From positions 35,092,001 to 35,156,000 of the forward strand of contig CAIIXF020000001.1 in NCBI GenBank assembly GCA_903813345.2: a DNA stretch of 64,000 nucleotides. Direction: 5' to 3'. The notes beneath the pieces are model-generated. The model did no database searches and was not told the DNA's origin. It saw only the letters and a list, made by a program, of their open reading frames with translations. Position 1 is the first letter of the stretch, and each line of letters starts with the position of its first letter. This document shows, piece by piece, positions 1 to 12,636 of this stretch. The DNA comes from Owenia fusiformis (taxonomy: Eukaryota). The position numbers and the translations under genes are program-made.

Positions 1-1215
1 ACGACCCCCTGGTCCTTCCACCATTTGAAATCTAGTTTAAACATCAAATTTCCTTGTTAGTAGACTAATGCTTGTGAATTGTGAGGGATACACATGCAGT
101 ACTTTGTTTATCACTGGTGATCCACTCGATTACGCTGGTTACCGAAACGGTTCATTTTGGTAACAAAATATTGGAACATCGAATGTGTGATTTTTCTTTT
201 TTCATTATTTCACACGTTGTAGGCAGATTGTTTTATCATTTATACGCTCAGGTCCTATCAATACATTTTGTTTAGTACATAGCAATGTAAGCTCTAAAGG
301 GAGCCATTGTTTAATTTTATTTAATAAAGCACTTACAATAGGACATTCATACAGAAGATGTCAAATCATTTCTACTTATAAAAAGCTTAAGATATACTCT
401 CTAGGTTTTGCTGAAAAATACAGTTATTAAGTTTCAAGTTTTGCCACTAGATATCTGTAGAGATGTTGGAATTGTTTATGATTGGCACCATACTCACAAC
501 TTCTTTTCACTTGGCACCTTTTTAGGTAGATCCCAACTATGGCATTAATGGTTGAGAAATAGGAACCAGCCATAGTTTCTCCTGATGACCATGTGAAATA
601 TTGTGTCTATGAATTATAACATCAGCTCTCAAGATGGATGTTGATTGTTGACTCTTTGTAATGTTTATAGACTTTGAGACTGGATTTTGTCTGTCCCACT
701 CATCATTTGAGATTGAATAAATATTAGAATAGTATCTATAACTAGTTAAGTTTTGATGTTATGCATATCTTGCTTATCAATTTATCTAAGATATCCTATG
801 ATACAAAGGGTGTCTCCATCTATCTGTCCATTTCTTGTCTTCATAGTAGCTCAAATAGATCATCTGAACAGTTCTGAAATTGAGGTCCCATGGGACCACC
901 TAACCATGTGACATGAAATCTTTGTTACATACCAATAAAAAATAAAGAAAAACAGTCCGATGTGTATGTGAAAAAGTGTATGTGAAAAACTAAGGTCTAA
1001 TAATTCATGTAAATATGCAAAATCATACTAGTAATATCATATCTATGTAAAATTATATCTCATAAATTCTCTCCGGCTGCATGCTCAAACCTTCTTTCTG
1101 ACTGGACTATTGATATTTTTAAATTGGCAGTTTAATTCCTATGCATCTATGAATCAAGTGCAAGATTCTGACTCTTACAAATGCAGTGTTAATTTTATTA
1201 ATTTGACTTTACCAG

Positions 1216-4200
1216 GTGGAGCGTGACAAAGTATCAACAGTAAGAGCTTACAGTTACTGGGATTTATGCCGCACCCCTACTCTGGCTAAAGTCACTGCCA
1301 TACTTGGCTATGCCTGGTAAGTCTTAGGAAATTAACTCGTCAGTCTTCCATTGACTATACATGTACATATAAAAAAAAATTTCCCTGGTTTCTGCTGGCA
1401 AAAACATTTAAAGCAGAATAAGAGATATGAGAGGTGACAAAATTGCAAGCAACATATACATACAATTGACCTACCAATCTGTTCTTTACAATACCAAATA
1501 CAGTACATGTGTCTCTCAAATAGATCCACAATATATTAAAAATTGGTATTTTTAAGTATTTTTAAAAGGTTTCAAAGTCCAAAAGTGGGAGAAAAATGTA
1601 TAGATTTTTCCAAATAATGAAAATGGTTACCATATTGATATAATATTGAAAAAATAGTTTTCCTGAAATAAAGTATTTTGTTTAGCCTTTGTTTAGCATG
1701 TAAAAATGTTGAGGTTTGTTTGAATAAAGTATATTTTTGAAAGTACATGTGACAATTGACAAGGAATGACACAAGCCCAAATTATTCTAAAATTGAAACA
1801 ATTTTTGTAAATGCTGTCCACTGGACAAAAGCTACTGATCATAATGAATAAATATATTGTAATATGGATGTCACTGATCTGTGGTCTGAATATGACAAAT
1901 AAGTGTAACATATTAAAATGATGTGTCAACCAGATTATACATTGACAGCTTATTAGACAGTCATAATGCATTTGTTAAACTTCATATTATACAAATATTT
2001 TGTCTATTGAGGGGAATATACATCATTCATGAGTAAATGTTCCTGGAGGGCAAAGGAAACACTACTTTTGAAAGTGACAAGGTTTTCCCTGGAAATAGAA
2101 TGAAATATTTGTTTTACAATTCACTGTTAATTTAATATGATGATTTTGTTCTTATCTAAAGGTCAAAGAAAACATGTCAATGTCAATAATCTGCAAAAGG
2201 CTTGTAAGCTCATTTAAAGCAAATAGGAATTCAAGGTGTGTTTTGTTTGTTTACAGGTTTGTGAATAGCGCTGTCTACTATGGCTTGTCCCTCAATGTGA
2301 AACATTTATCTGGGAACAAATATCTCAATATTTTCATCTCTGGTGTTGTGGAAATCCCAGCTCTGCTTGCTGTCTATTTTATAGATGCTTTGTAAGTATT
2401 TTGTAGTTACCAGATTTTCTCTTAATAAAGCCCTTCCTTATATCACCCATGGACATTATTTCAAAAGAACATTCAAAATAATGTCAATTGGGTTTTATTT
2501 TGAGAAAAACAAGGATATTTAAAGTTCAGGTAAACACTTTCTCAGATGTATATTTGACACTCATTTTTGCTATTTCTAGATAAGCTGCTCCGTGTTTTGT
2601 TAATGAAACATGTATATCACATATATTTATTAAAATTATAACGCTACACAGCAGGATAAAACTAAATACAGTTGGTCGTATCATAATAGCTGTCATTCAG
2701 ATTCTATTTTGTTTAGCTGAAATCAAAGGTTAATCAATTAACAAAAAATGTCTGCCATTTTGGATGAAACTAACTGCTATTTGCTTTATCCTGCTGTGGA
2801 ACAGTGATATTTAAATGGAATAAATTCACATTTACTTGTGTTTAAGTGGAGGCGGTAGAAGAATCTCAATGTTTAGCTTCATGATGTTTTCCGGAGTGGC
2901 CTCTCTCTGTATACAGTTCATCAATATGGCAGGTACAGTATATAACCATTTTTATCCTACACTTAGTGTGCTAAATGTATAATAATAACATTAAAAAATG
3001 AATTTGATATCTATTGGCAAAATGAATAACCAGAGGATATCGCCACTATAACTCCGGAAAACCCAATATGCGGAGGATATTGTGACAATTTACTCCGCTT
3101 GTTGATTTCCCGCCAAAGTGACTCTATTTGGCATGAAATTCACTTTCAATGGTATTATACATTTAGTACACTCCTTGTAATTGTAGGATAATGAGAACAT
3201 CCTATGATTTTTTTCAGAACATCATTTTAATCTACTCGGTGATATTGATATATGCACTCGTTCGCTTTGCTCTCTCATGCAGATATCAATATCACCTTGT
3301 AGATAAAAATGATATTCCTCAAAATCATAAGATATCCTATAATTATCCCATGATACCACTACTTCCTGGTGAATAACACCCCGGAATATTTTTGATAGTG
3401 AAATAATCGTATTGTCCCACCCAATCCCACTCACAAAAATAGTATTCACCTTCCAATCCCGCTCACTAAAATGGTATTCATCTCCTGGGAATTTTTGTCA
3501 AACAAAGCTTCCTATGACGTTCCGTTTGGTCGATATCGGGTGTTATAATGATGTTCTTATGTGAGAAACAATATTTTCCAAAGAAAATTGAAAATAGAGA
3601 TTTTGAAACGAAAGAAGTATGAAGATTGTAAGCCTATTAAACATAGGGAATTGAAATTTCATCATCATGCTCTGACACAGACAGTCAACATCATACAAAT
3701 CTGAGCAATATGTGAATGCCCTGTGATGAACATAAGTATTGGGTATGGGTAGCCATCTATGTCAACCTTCTTGATTATTTTTCAGGTAAATATGAAGAGC
3801 TTGAAGATGTGGTGACTGTGCTAGCCATGCTGGGCAAGTTTGGTGTCTCAGGGTCTTGGTCACTGGCTTATATTTATGCAGCCGAAGCATATCCCACCAA
3901 TGCCAGGTAAGTTACTGTGAATTTATACAAACAATTTGAGTTTGGAGCACAAGAACAGGATACTATGGCAGAACAATTAGTGGAGTGCATATGTACAACA
4001 AGAGAATATGTTTCAGCAGTTAAAAATTTGATTCTGTGAAGAATTTTATAATGCTACTCTATAAATTCACAATTTTTCAAACAAAAAGTCCTTCAAAATC
4101 AACTTTTTGAGATTAAATTTTGATTACATTGGGTGATTGTTTAAACGCTGATGTTCTGTTACCCCAATTCATTCCTAACTCAGCTGGATCTGTAAGCATT

Positions 4201-5404
4201 GTCTTCTGCTGACTCCTTCCCATTATGGAACCCATAATGAAACACCAAGCAAGCATAAAGAAAGGCTTAGAGATGGTGGCAATGAGATGGTAGACTAATT
4301 TGGCAACCATGCAGCACCACTTCGCAACCATATCCATCTGAAGCCTCTCTCCGCCACTGTTGCAATCTGCATACTTGCTCACTTCTACTTGATGGATGGC
4401 ATTGCAAGGGATTTTAGCATCATATGCAATGTTAGGTGGGTGTCACCCTCCCTGTATAAACCAAAGTGGTTAAAACTTTGAGAAAATAGAGATGTATGAT
4501 TTGTCCTGTTCTGGCTACTCTAAACACATTATACATAAAAATAAAATTATTTTGTGATTTTAGAAATCTTGGAATAGGAGCTAACTCAATGATGGGTAGA
4601 GTTGGAGGCATGCTGGCCCCACAATTGGTCTTTCTGGTAAGTCCCATGTGCTTCTCAATGTCTTCTATTTATGGATGTCACTGTAGAATAATGCTTGTGA
4701 TATGACTGGATATAAAGGAGCATTCTTCCATGATTCTTTTTTTGTCAATTTTGATATTACTTTGAGAACCGCATCCTTTGAGGAAGTTTAATTTGTTGTT
4801 AATTTTTTTTTTCAGTTATTTGATCTAGTATCTTTATATTATAACCATATTCATCTGTTTGACTTATCATTCTAAACTGTAAATCCACTTGAACAGGTTC
4901 CTAAAGTTTAGAGCTTATGTACTTTAAGTGTTCAGTGCTCTATATTTTCATTTAAAAGCAGTTGAATGTAGAACAGTAAAAGATGTTACTCTGAATGTGA
5001 TATCAGAGATTGAGATAATGAATATAATCTCTAGTATCTACTATCTAGACAATATACATGTATATATTACAATTGTAACAAAACAACCATATTCATCTCT
5101 TTGACTTGAACATTTTGTATTCCAGGATAGTATCACAAAGTCACTCCCATTTGTTATATTTGGAGTGTTGGGGATCAGCAGTGCTCTGCTTTTACTTCTC
5201 CTCCCAGAGACAGCCAGGAAGCCCCTCCCTGATGCCATGCCCTCCTGGAGCTGGTGTAAAACACAAACTCCAGGAACTGTGGAAAGGAATGAACTAGATC
5301 AGTTAAATTCAGACTGTGGGGTACAGACTCATAAACTTCAGATTGACAATCAGGATGATATAAATCCAGAACAGGTGTTGGTGAATGGAAATGCCATACT
5401 TTGA
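1216..5404 (+). CDS. SLC22 family (organic cation/carnitine transporter-like) MFS transporter, 3' exons only
   Basis: Phase-consistent GT-AG exons 1216-1316, 2257-2391, 2847-2932, 3786-3906, 4564-4636, 5126-5404. Translation includes DLCRTPTL, WFVNSAVYYGLSLNV, GGGRR, YIYAAEAYPTNARNLGIG, GRVGGMLAP and LLPET, which are SLC22 C-half motifs. The 5' exons lie upstream of the window. Confidence 0.92.
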
Positions 5405-5503
5405 TGTCAGTCAATTTAGGGAATTTTTAATCATTAAATATTTATTTATAATTACTGCATTCAATTGTGGTATACATGTAAAACATGTTGTTGTGTACAT
5501 GTA

Positions 5504-5986
5504 CAGGGTCAACCAAAAAGTGCAACCTTCTTATTTTAGAATAATTTCAGGAATCTTTTTTTTTCTATCAAATTGGCAAGTAATTCATCATTTTGGCAAG
5601 GTTATTTAAAAAATGTCTAAATTCGACATATCATTGATAATATATATAAGAAATATATATAAGTAATCAATTAATAATTGAATAATGGTAAAGAGAAATC
5701 ACCAGGAACACGAACACGATGCGCATGTGTGAATTGCCACTCACTTTTCAAAGAGCTGATACATAAGACGTCGTATAGATGTCGTGTTATTCGATCAATT
5801 CATTAAATACAATTTACATGAATATAAATATAAAGATATCTCTCAATCCTTAAGCAAGTTAAGTTGTTGAGCAATTTATGCACACAAACTGGTCCATTGG
5901 ATACTCCGAAGAAGAGAATTAAAGATTACACCATAATTGAAAGAACTATATCAAAATTAATGGGTTGCATTTTTGGGGTAACCCTG
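5504..5986. mobile_element. Tc1/mariner-type MITE just downstream of the SLC22 stop codon
   Basis: Imperfect TIRs CAGGGTCAACCAAAAAGTGCAACC / GGTTGCATTTTTGGGGTAACCCTG, with TA on both sides. Confidence 0.8.
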
Positions 5987-7459
5987 TAGATGCCTGCCAT
6001 ATTCTCATATCAACAAGATATTAGATATCTGGATATAGTTATTTCAGTGGTGCCTTAGTAAATGATGGAAAATGAAGTATTAAAATGTAAAGAATCTAGG
6101 AGGGTAGTGGGGGAATATGTATGTTATTATGACATATATATATTCAAAGGATCAATGTTTTCTAGTGATATGCTATTTATTTCTTGGTTTTATGATGACC
6201 AAACAATAATGATTTATGTTATGGAAAACTTCTGACTTTTATGCTGCATTTTTTCGTTTTTCTAAAATATATATATACATACAGGTATATAATTACTTCA
6301 CTTTTTTCTCAAATCTCTAATGCACATAACAAGGGTCCAAAGCTTTATTTTAATATAGAAAGATAATGTTTGTAATGGTTACATATTTAACTTTAGGGAT
6401 ACATGGCCAAATGAGTGATGACATGTTATTAAGATAAATATCAACGTTTATTTGATAAAACTATTTATTTATAATATTAGTGAGGAAATGTACAAATTGG
6501 GGGAATACTTAGTCAATATTTGTCAATGAGGTTGTTGTGTGTAATTCTGTTAATTCAGCCAATTTATAGCGTCATGAAATTACATATACAAGTTTGAGGG
6601 CAACATTTGCGGTTGTGATATCTTGGAGATAAGTTGACCAATTAAAATACTTGATGTGTCACATCCAGAGTTGCCTCTGTCATGGTGACGTTACTATATC
6701 AAATCAACAGTTGCTAGGGAAAACAAACATTGGTAAATAATCCCCAATAAAATCCTCATTAATTTTACATATGTGCATAATACAATTTACGAATATACTC
6801 TCAGTTGCTCAAAATATGTACTTTTGATGTATTTCATTTTGATAGTCATATTTGCCAATATATGTGATGTCTACATGTGGTGTTATTTTTTGTTGTATTT
6901 AAAATATTTTACAAATTGTATTTTTCACAGATCTGACCTCTCCAAGGCTGCATGAACATAAAGTTGTCAAAGTATTGCATGCTTTGATAATGTAACAAAT
7001 AAAACAGTGAAATAATTTGATTGTGAGAATTCTCTATAAGTAGTAATGTTATTTTATTTGTTACTACTAGTATCTCAGTATTGAAGATGCTGTCCATGTA
7101 AATGTGATGGATAAATGAAAGACCTTTAACCTGAATATCTTTTTACAATCAGAGTAAACAACCAATGATTTTAATAAACATTTAAAATTTATAAAAATGA
7201 AAATATCAACATTCAGCTGTTTACTAAATGAGCAAATATCAGATGTCCATGAATCAGATTTTGTAATTACACTATACATAATACTTCTAAAATTCATAAC
7301 AGAGTCTTTTCTCTTAACTTTCCAATTCTAATGTCTTGGTCCTTTTTGCTGAACACACGTAGTGTTAGATTGTAATGCAGAAACTCCAGCATTTCCTCGG
7401 TCCAATGTCAATTCCATGGTCTGATGAAGTCTAAGTGTTTATGATGCTTTTGGGCATGA

Positions 7460-10400
7460 CTAGTGAGCATAGCTGGATAGAACAAAAGATCCTAGAATTG
7501 CAGCTGCCATCATTGTTAGACTATGAGCGACATCTGCAGCACCTGGAGATAATATATATTGGAATATATTTCAAGCAAAGATAATTGTCCCATTTGTTAG
7601 AGTCTCCTCCTAAAGTAAGGCAACACCAACTCCCTATTTCTATAATGTTTTCTAGCTATGACAGCATGATTTCCAAAATGCACCCTTAGTTTATTACGAT
7701 GGACAGTAAAATCTCATCCAAATGGCATTGATGTTTAATGGGAAAAATTGATATCTTGATTTACCAAAGAATTGTTTCTTCTTCAGGAAGACGATTTCAA
7801 TAAACAAATGTAATAACAAACTCTTCTAATTTCCCACAAATAGACTGATCCAGTAAACTCATCTGAGCCACCATATTGTTTTTATTTTTATATGGGAAGC
7901 TTTACGTGACCCTTTAAGTCCCCAATTCATCACAATAGAGCTATATACAAAAATACTTGATATACATACCTCCAGAGAGAGTCATAGTCTCATTGAGAGC
8001 ATTGTCTCTGCCTGGTACACTGGCCTCACACCTGTACACATCACCTGAGTTGCTGGATGTGGGGGTCACCTCAAGATAACTGTATGAATCTCCATAACCT
8101 GAAAAAGCACAATTCAAAATTTTCATCTAACAACTGAGAATGGATCCATAGTATGTTGATAATCCTTGTTCAGAGCTGAGAAGTCTTTTAATTAGCCATA
8201 TGTGAGACCATTGTTTCTGGACATTGAATATCACATTTCATTATTTTACAAGCTTCTGGACATTGAATATCGCATTTCATTGTTACACACATAAGGTTCT
8301 TTCAAACGTACCATTTGAGTTGACAGTTCCATTTAAGGTCAAAGCCTGGCTAGTGACATCTGTGGTTCCCTTGTACCACTTGAATGTTGCTGGGGGTCGG
8401 CTGTTGGTGCTTTGGCAGGTCAAGTTATTGGCCGCATTCATAATGGGGGTGTTCAGGTTAGCTCCCCAGTAAATTGATAGTCCAGTGGGTACATCTGCAG
8501 ATAGAGTGTAAGTGAGTATTATGAAAAGAATATGCGTGACAGGCTGGTTGTTTTCTGTTCAAATATAAGATCAAATATGATTCCATTAGAATAAATATTA
8601 TCCTTCATAGCCCTTGCTATTAAACATGACATTGAAGTTTAAAATGCTCTCAGAGTCAAATATGACCACATAAAGCTCAATATTATAAGTAAGGTAGACC
8701 ATTTTACAAATGAGAAATCTATTACTCTACCTCCAACAGAGAGCATGATGCTGTATTGGTTACCACCAGCCTCACATTCAAACTGTCCCTCATCAGCAAT
8801 TTGTGCATTCATCACAACTACATTGTATTGGCCAATGATAGCATACTTTGCAGTATTGGTGGATGAACCATCAAGACCAATAACCAATGGTGTCTGAAAT
8901 AGAAAGCCTTTCTATAGAGTTGAGTCATTACAGTCTTCCACACATTTCTATTTTGAGTCTTCCTCAGGGATATTAGCTTCACTTATTCTATGATTGGGAT
9001 CTTTTCACAAATTTTACTTTTTGGTAATATTTTACACTTGTGTTGACATAGATCTACTTGACAATGTTTGAAAGAATCAACTTCAATTAACTTTTTAACA
9101 AATTATTGGTTTGAAACTTTTGGAGGGGAGTGTTATCTCAATAGTTATAGAAGGCATTAGCATGCAAATTGTCACAACCTGTCATTTGTTTCAGATGCCT
9201 GACAACTAACTGCCAAACACCAGCCACAAAAAGTTGGAGACCATAACAATATGTCACCGCTTGTAGTGGTGACATAAAAACCGTGAAAGACTTATACAAA
9301 CACTAAAGACAAGCCAAATATAAAATAAGCATAAAGGTTTAATAAAGCAAATGATGAATACCTTTTTCCAGATCAAACTTTCCCCTGGACCTATGTTAGT
9401 GACTGTACAATACAGTGTTGCATTTTCCCCTATAAGCACCCCTGTGTTAACTGGGGTTCTGGTCACAGTAATAGCATCTAAGCCTAGAAGCAGTGCACAG
9501 AGAGGATAGAGAACATAATAAAGTGGACGCAACAGCTCACGGAACACAGAAAACAGCAAACGTATCGAGTGTTTAGTGCTCTAGATGCAAGATATTTCAG
9601 TATAAAAACAGAAATAGATGCACACATTGAGATCAAATACCTAAAAGCATTTCAAAGTACAAAATACAGATTCAGTCTATGTGTACATAAAACATATGTG
9701 CATAAAACAAGAAGGAGAACCAAACATATATGTGGGAGACTGAAGCATTGGATACCTTCTTCCAGATTACACTCTCTCCTGCTCCTATGTTAGTGACTGT
9801 ACAATAAAGTGTTGCATTGTTTCCTATAAGCACCCCTGTGTTAGCTGGGGCTCTGGTCACAGTAATAGCATCTAAGCCTAGAAGAGGTGCAAGAAATAAA
9901 TAGCTACATGAAAAGCATATAAAAGTGAGTGAATTCAGTGCTCAGGACAAGTTTTTGCCTAAAATATTTCAGTGTGTGAACAAACAAAATGTGCACTAAT
10001 ACACTATTTGTAGTGACCCTAAAACGTTTAAAGTGCAAAACAGATAAAAAAGAAATTCAGTGTTATGTACCTATAATTATATATTTCAAAGTGTGCAATC
10101 ATAGTGTTCAAAATATTGCAATATAAAACACTCTACCTAAAATAGCATTAAATTAATGTATGCATCAGATACAGAAGTACTAATATACTAATACTAATCC
10201 AGCAAAGGTTTTCCTGAAATATTAAGAGTGCATAAGAAAAAAGAAGATGTTGTGTACCTACAAAAATTCAATTGCGTGAGACAAACATTAGATAAGGCAT
10301 CCTTTAGGCTTTTAAAGTGAGGCACAGTAAAGTAAAATCGTTAAATCCAAACACCTCGCTTAGATACAAACACTTTTTATTCTCCCATTGGAACCCATGT

Positions 10401-12636
10401 TGAAAAAAACACTTATCAGTGAGGTTTGGATTTAACAGGTTTTACTGTATGTTATTTCAGTATGTGAGTGCGAGTGTGAGGATGTTGGGTACCTTCTTCC
10501 ATATTACAGTCTCTCCCGCTCCAATGTTAGTGACAGAGCAGTAGAGAGTTACATTCTCCCCAAGGAGAACTCCTGTATCAACAGGAGACTGTGTCACAGT
10601 AAGGGCATCTAAACCTAGAAACAAGGCATACATGATGTCATGTAATGTATTATACTCATTGGAATGCTCAGTCAACTCAATTTCTTATTGGCTATTGACT
10701 GATCATGCGACACTTGTTCATGTTTCCTTTTTTCATATTCCGCACATAAGGGAAAGATAACACAAATATTCACTTGAACAGAATGGAGAAATTGCAATGT
10801 GTTATAACCATGTCATAACCCGTATGTAATATCATTTTGATTCTTAAAGGCAGAATCAGATCATTGAGGGTGACAAAATTACAAGCAATGTTTACAATTG
10901 ACCTACCAATCTCTTCCTTACAATCTCAAAAGGTTCACGATGTGTTATAAATTGGTGAAGTTATAATGGATTCAAATTTCAAAATTGAGTGAAAAATGTT
11001 TAAATTCTCCCAAATAATAAGAATGGTAACCATTCTTATAGAAAAATAAAGCATTATTGTAAAAATCTTTAATTTTGCTGAAATAAACTATGATCTTAGT
11101 GGATTTTTAGAAAATAGGCATGTAAAGGAATGACATAAGCTAGAAATATTCTAAAATTGAAATTTTTTTTGTTGGGCTGCTCGATAGATCTGATTCTCTC
11201 TTTAAGAAAAACAAAATTAGGTTATAAACTATAACTATAGCATAGATATCCTATACATTATAAACTGATATAATTGGTCACATGAATGAGGCTCAATATT
11301 TTAAGAGCAAGAGAAACATTTTTCAATACATAAAAAATCAATTAAAATAATTCGGGTGAAGGCATAAAATGATCAGATCCCCTCCCACTTACTATCTTGT
11401 AAAATTCCGGAATCATTATGTGTGATTGAGCAATTGGACAATGTTGACCAAGTCTATGACTATCTGAATCTCTATTTACTTCTCATGATTAATCCTATTT
11501 GTAATGTTTGACCACACTTCAATTGGATACACATACTAATCCATATTGAACTATTGAGCGTTGACAAATATCATAAATGATATTTTCATTTCCTTTTGAA
11601 TTTAATGCTTTTGATTTTTAGTGCTTTTGACTTTTTCATTTTTAGTTATTTGAAAAATATTTCTAATTCTAGAAAGTTTATGCTAGAAATAGTTGATGTT
11701 TCACTTTGGATTAGATTTCATATGATTAACAGGGATTTTTGTATTTTGCAATGTTGCCCTTGCTGTTTTCTCAGTAATTTAAATTATGCTAGCATACTCC
11801 TGAGATGTATTAAAAATAGTTATTCTGACTGAGTTTTATATTTCACATTTACAAACAAATACCAATAATATAGATAAACAGATAAATGCTAACCCATAGT
11901 AAACCCTAAGTGCAACCCTTCATTTCTGTTGCATACCTTATACCTTTCTATAATGCCCCAGGGCAATTGGAATAATATACACCAAAAAGTTCTGAAAATT
12001 GTTTTTGAAAATGTTGCTCTCTATTCGATGATACTTTATTGCCCAAATACAAATCATTAATCAAGTGTGATATAACCACAAATTCAATGAAGTCTAGTTT
12101 GATTAACATATTGATGATAAATGTATTCAGTGTATGAAGTAAGAAGCACTTAACATTCACAGTTATGATGTTAAACATGTTTGGTTTAATGTGATTCTCA
12201 TGTACACTGTCCAAGTGACACAGAAATAAGTGACTTTACAACATGTTCCTATGAGAAACAGACATATTTCAAGTTAAATTCATTTTGCAGTTTAACTTTT
12301 CCATATCTATTTTGAGAATTTAAAAATATTTTTTAAATAATGAATGAAATATTTGCAGATCATTGAGTTTTCTGACATTGTCCTTAATTATAATTTCCAA
12401 CTAAAATGATTTAAATTTTATAATAATACAGCAAAATTCTTGACATAATACCAAATAGATTTATCGTTTTCTTCCAATCATTTGTTTCAAAAAATTAAAA
12501 TAAATCAATCAGATTGAACATTAAGATAAAAAAGAATGAATATTATTGAAATAAAATCATCATTCACAAAGCATAACATAAAGAACTTTATCTTACCACT
12601 GATGGCTAGAATTACAAGGCAGATTATTCCTCTCAT
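7460..12636 (-). CDS. 2-Ig-domain cell-surface protein (Kirre/Neph/nephrin-like Ig1-Ig2), signal peptide plus probable GPI anchor, about 239 aa, three alternative exon-2 variants
   Basis: Exons 12636-12597 (MRGIICLVILAIS), one of 10614-10493 / 9877-9756 / 9483-9362, then 8893-8731 (YNVVVMNAQIADEGQFEC), 8494-8312 (NLTCQSTNSRPPATFKWYK), 8098-7970 (SYLEVTPTSSNSGDVYRCEA) and 7542-7460 (GAADVAHSLTMMAAAILGSFVLSSYAH*). All phases are consistent; 720 nt with one exon 2. Confidence 0.88.
9362..9483 (-). CDS. Alternative exon 2c (N-terminal half of Ig1)
   Basis: 122 nt, same phases, ttctag acceptor, gtatt donor; encodes LDAITVTRTPVNTGVLIGENATLYCTVTNIGPGESLIWKK. Confidence 0.85.
9756..9877 (-). CDS. 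Alternative exon 2b (N-terminal half of Ig1)
   Basis: 122 nt, same phases, ttctag acceptor, gtatc donor; encodes LDAITVTRAPANTGVLIGNNATLYCTVTNIGAGESVIWKK. Confidence 0.85.
10324..10448. mobile_element. Short CAGTAAAAC-type MITE (hairpin) between exons 2a and 2b
   Basis: Inverted arms GTTAAATCCAAAC(A)CCTC / GAGGTTTGGATTTAAC with termini ACAGTAAA / TTTACTGT. The termini resemble those of the element at 37573-37751. Confidence 0.65.
10493..10614 (-). CDS. Alternative exon 2a (N-terminal half of Ig1)
   Basis: 122 nt, phase 1 in / phase 0 out, ttctag acceptor, gtacc donor; encodes LDALTVTQSPVDTGVLLGENVTLYCSVTNIGAGETVIWKK. Confidence 0.85.
10848..11201. mobile_element. TTAA-flanked non-autonomous DNA transposon (Kolobok/piggyBac-like MITE); degenerate second copy at about 1410-1830
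   Basis: TTAA|AGGCAGAATCAGATC ... GATCTGATTCTCTCT|TTAA. Internal GGTGACAAAATT and ACAATTGACCTACCAATCT also occur at 1434-1480. Confidence 0.7.

Noticed and set aside
9362..10614. Three exons as constitutive tandem domains
   Set aside because: Each is a half-Ig with asymmetric phase (1/0), so serial inclusion reads the second copy out of frame.
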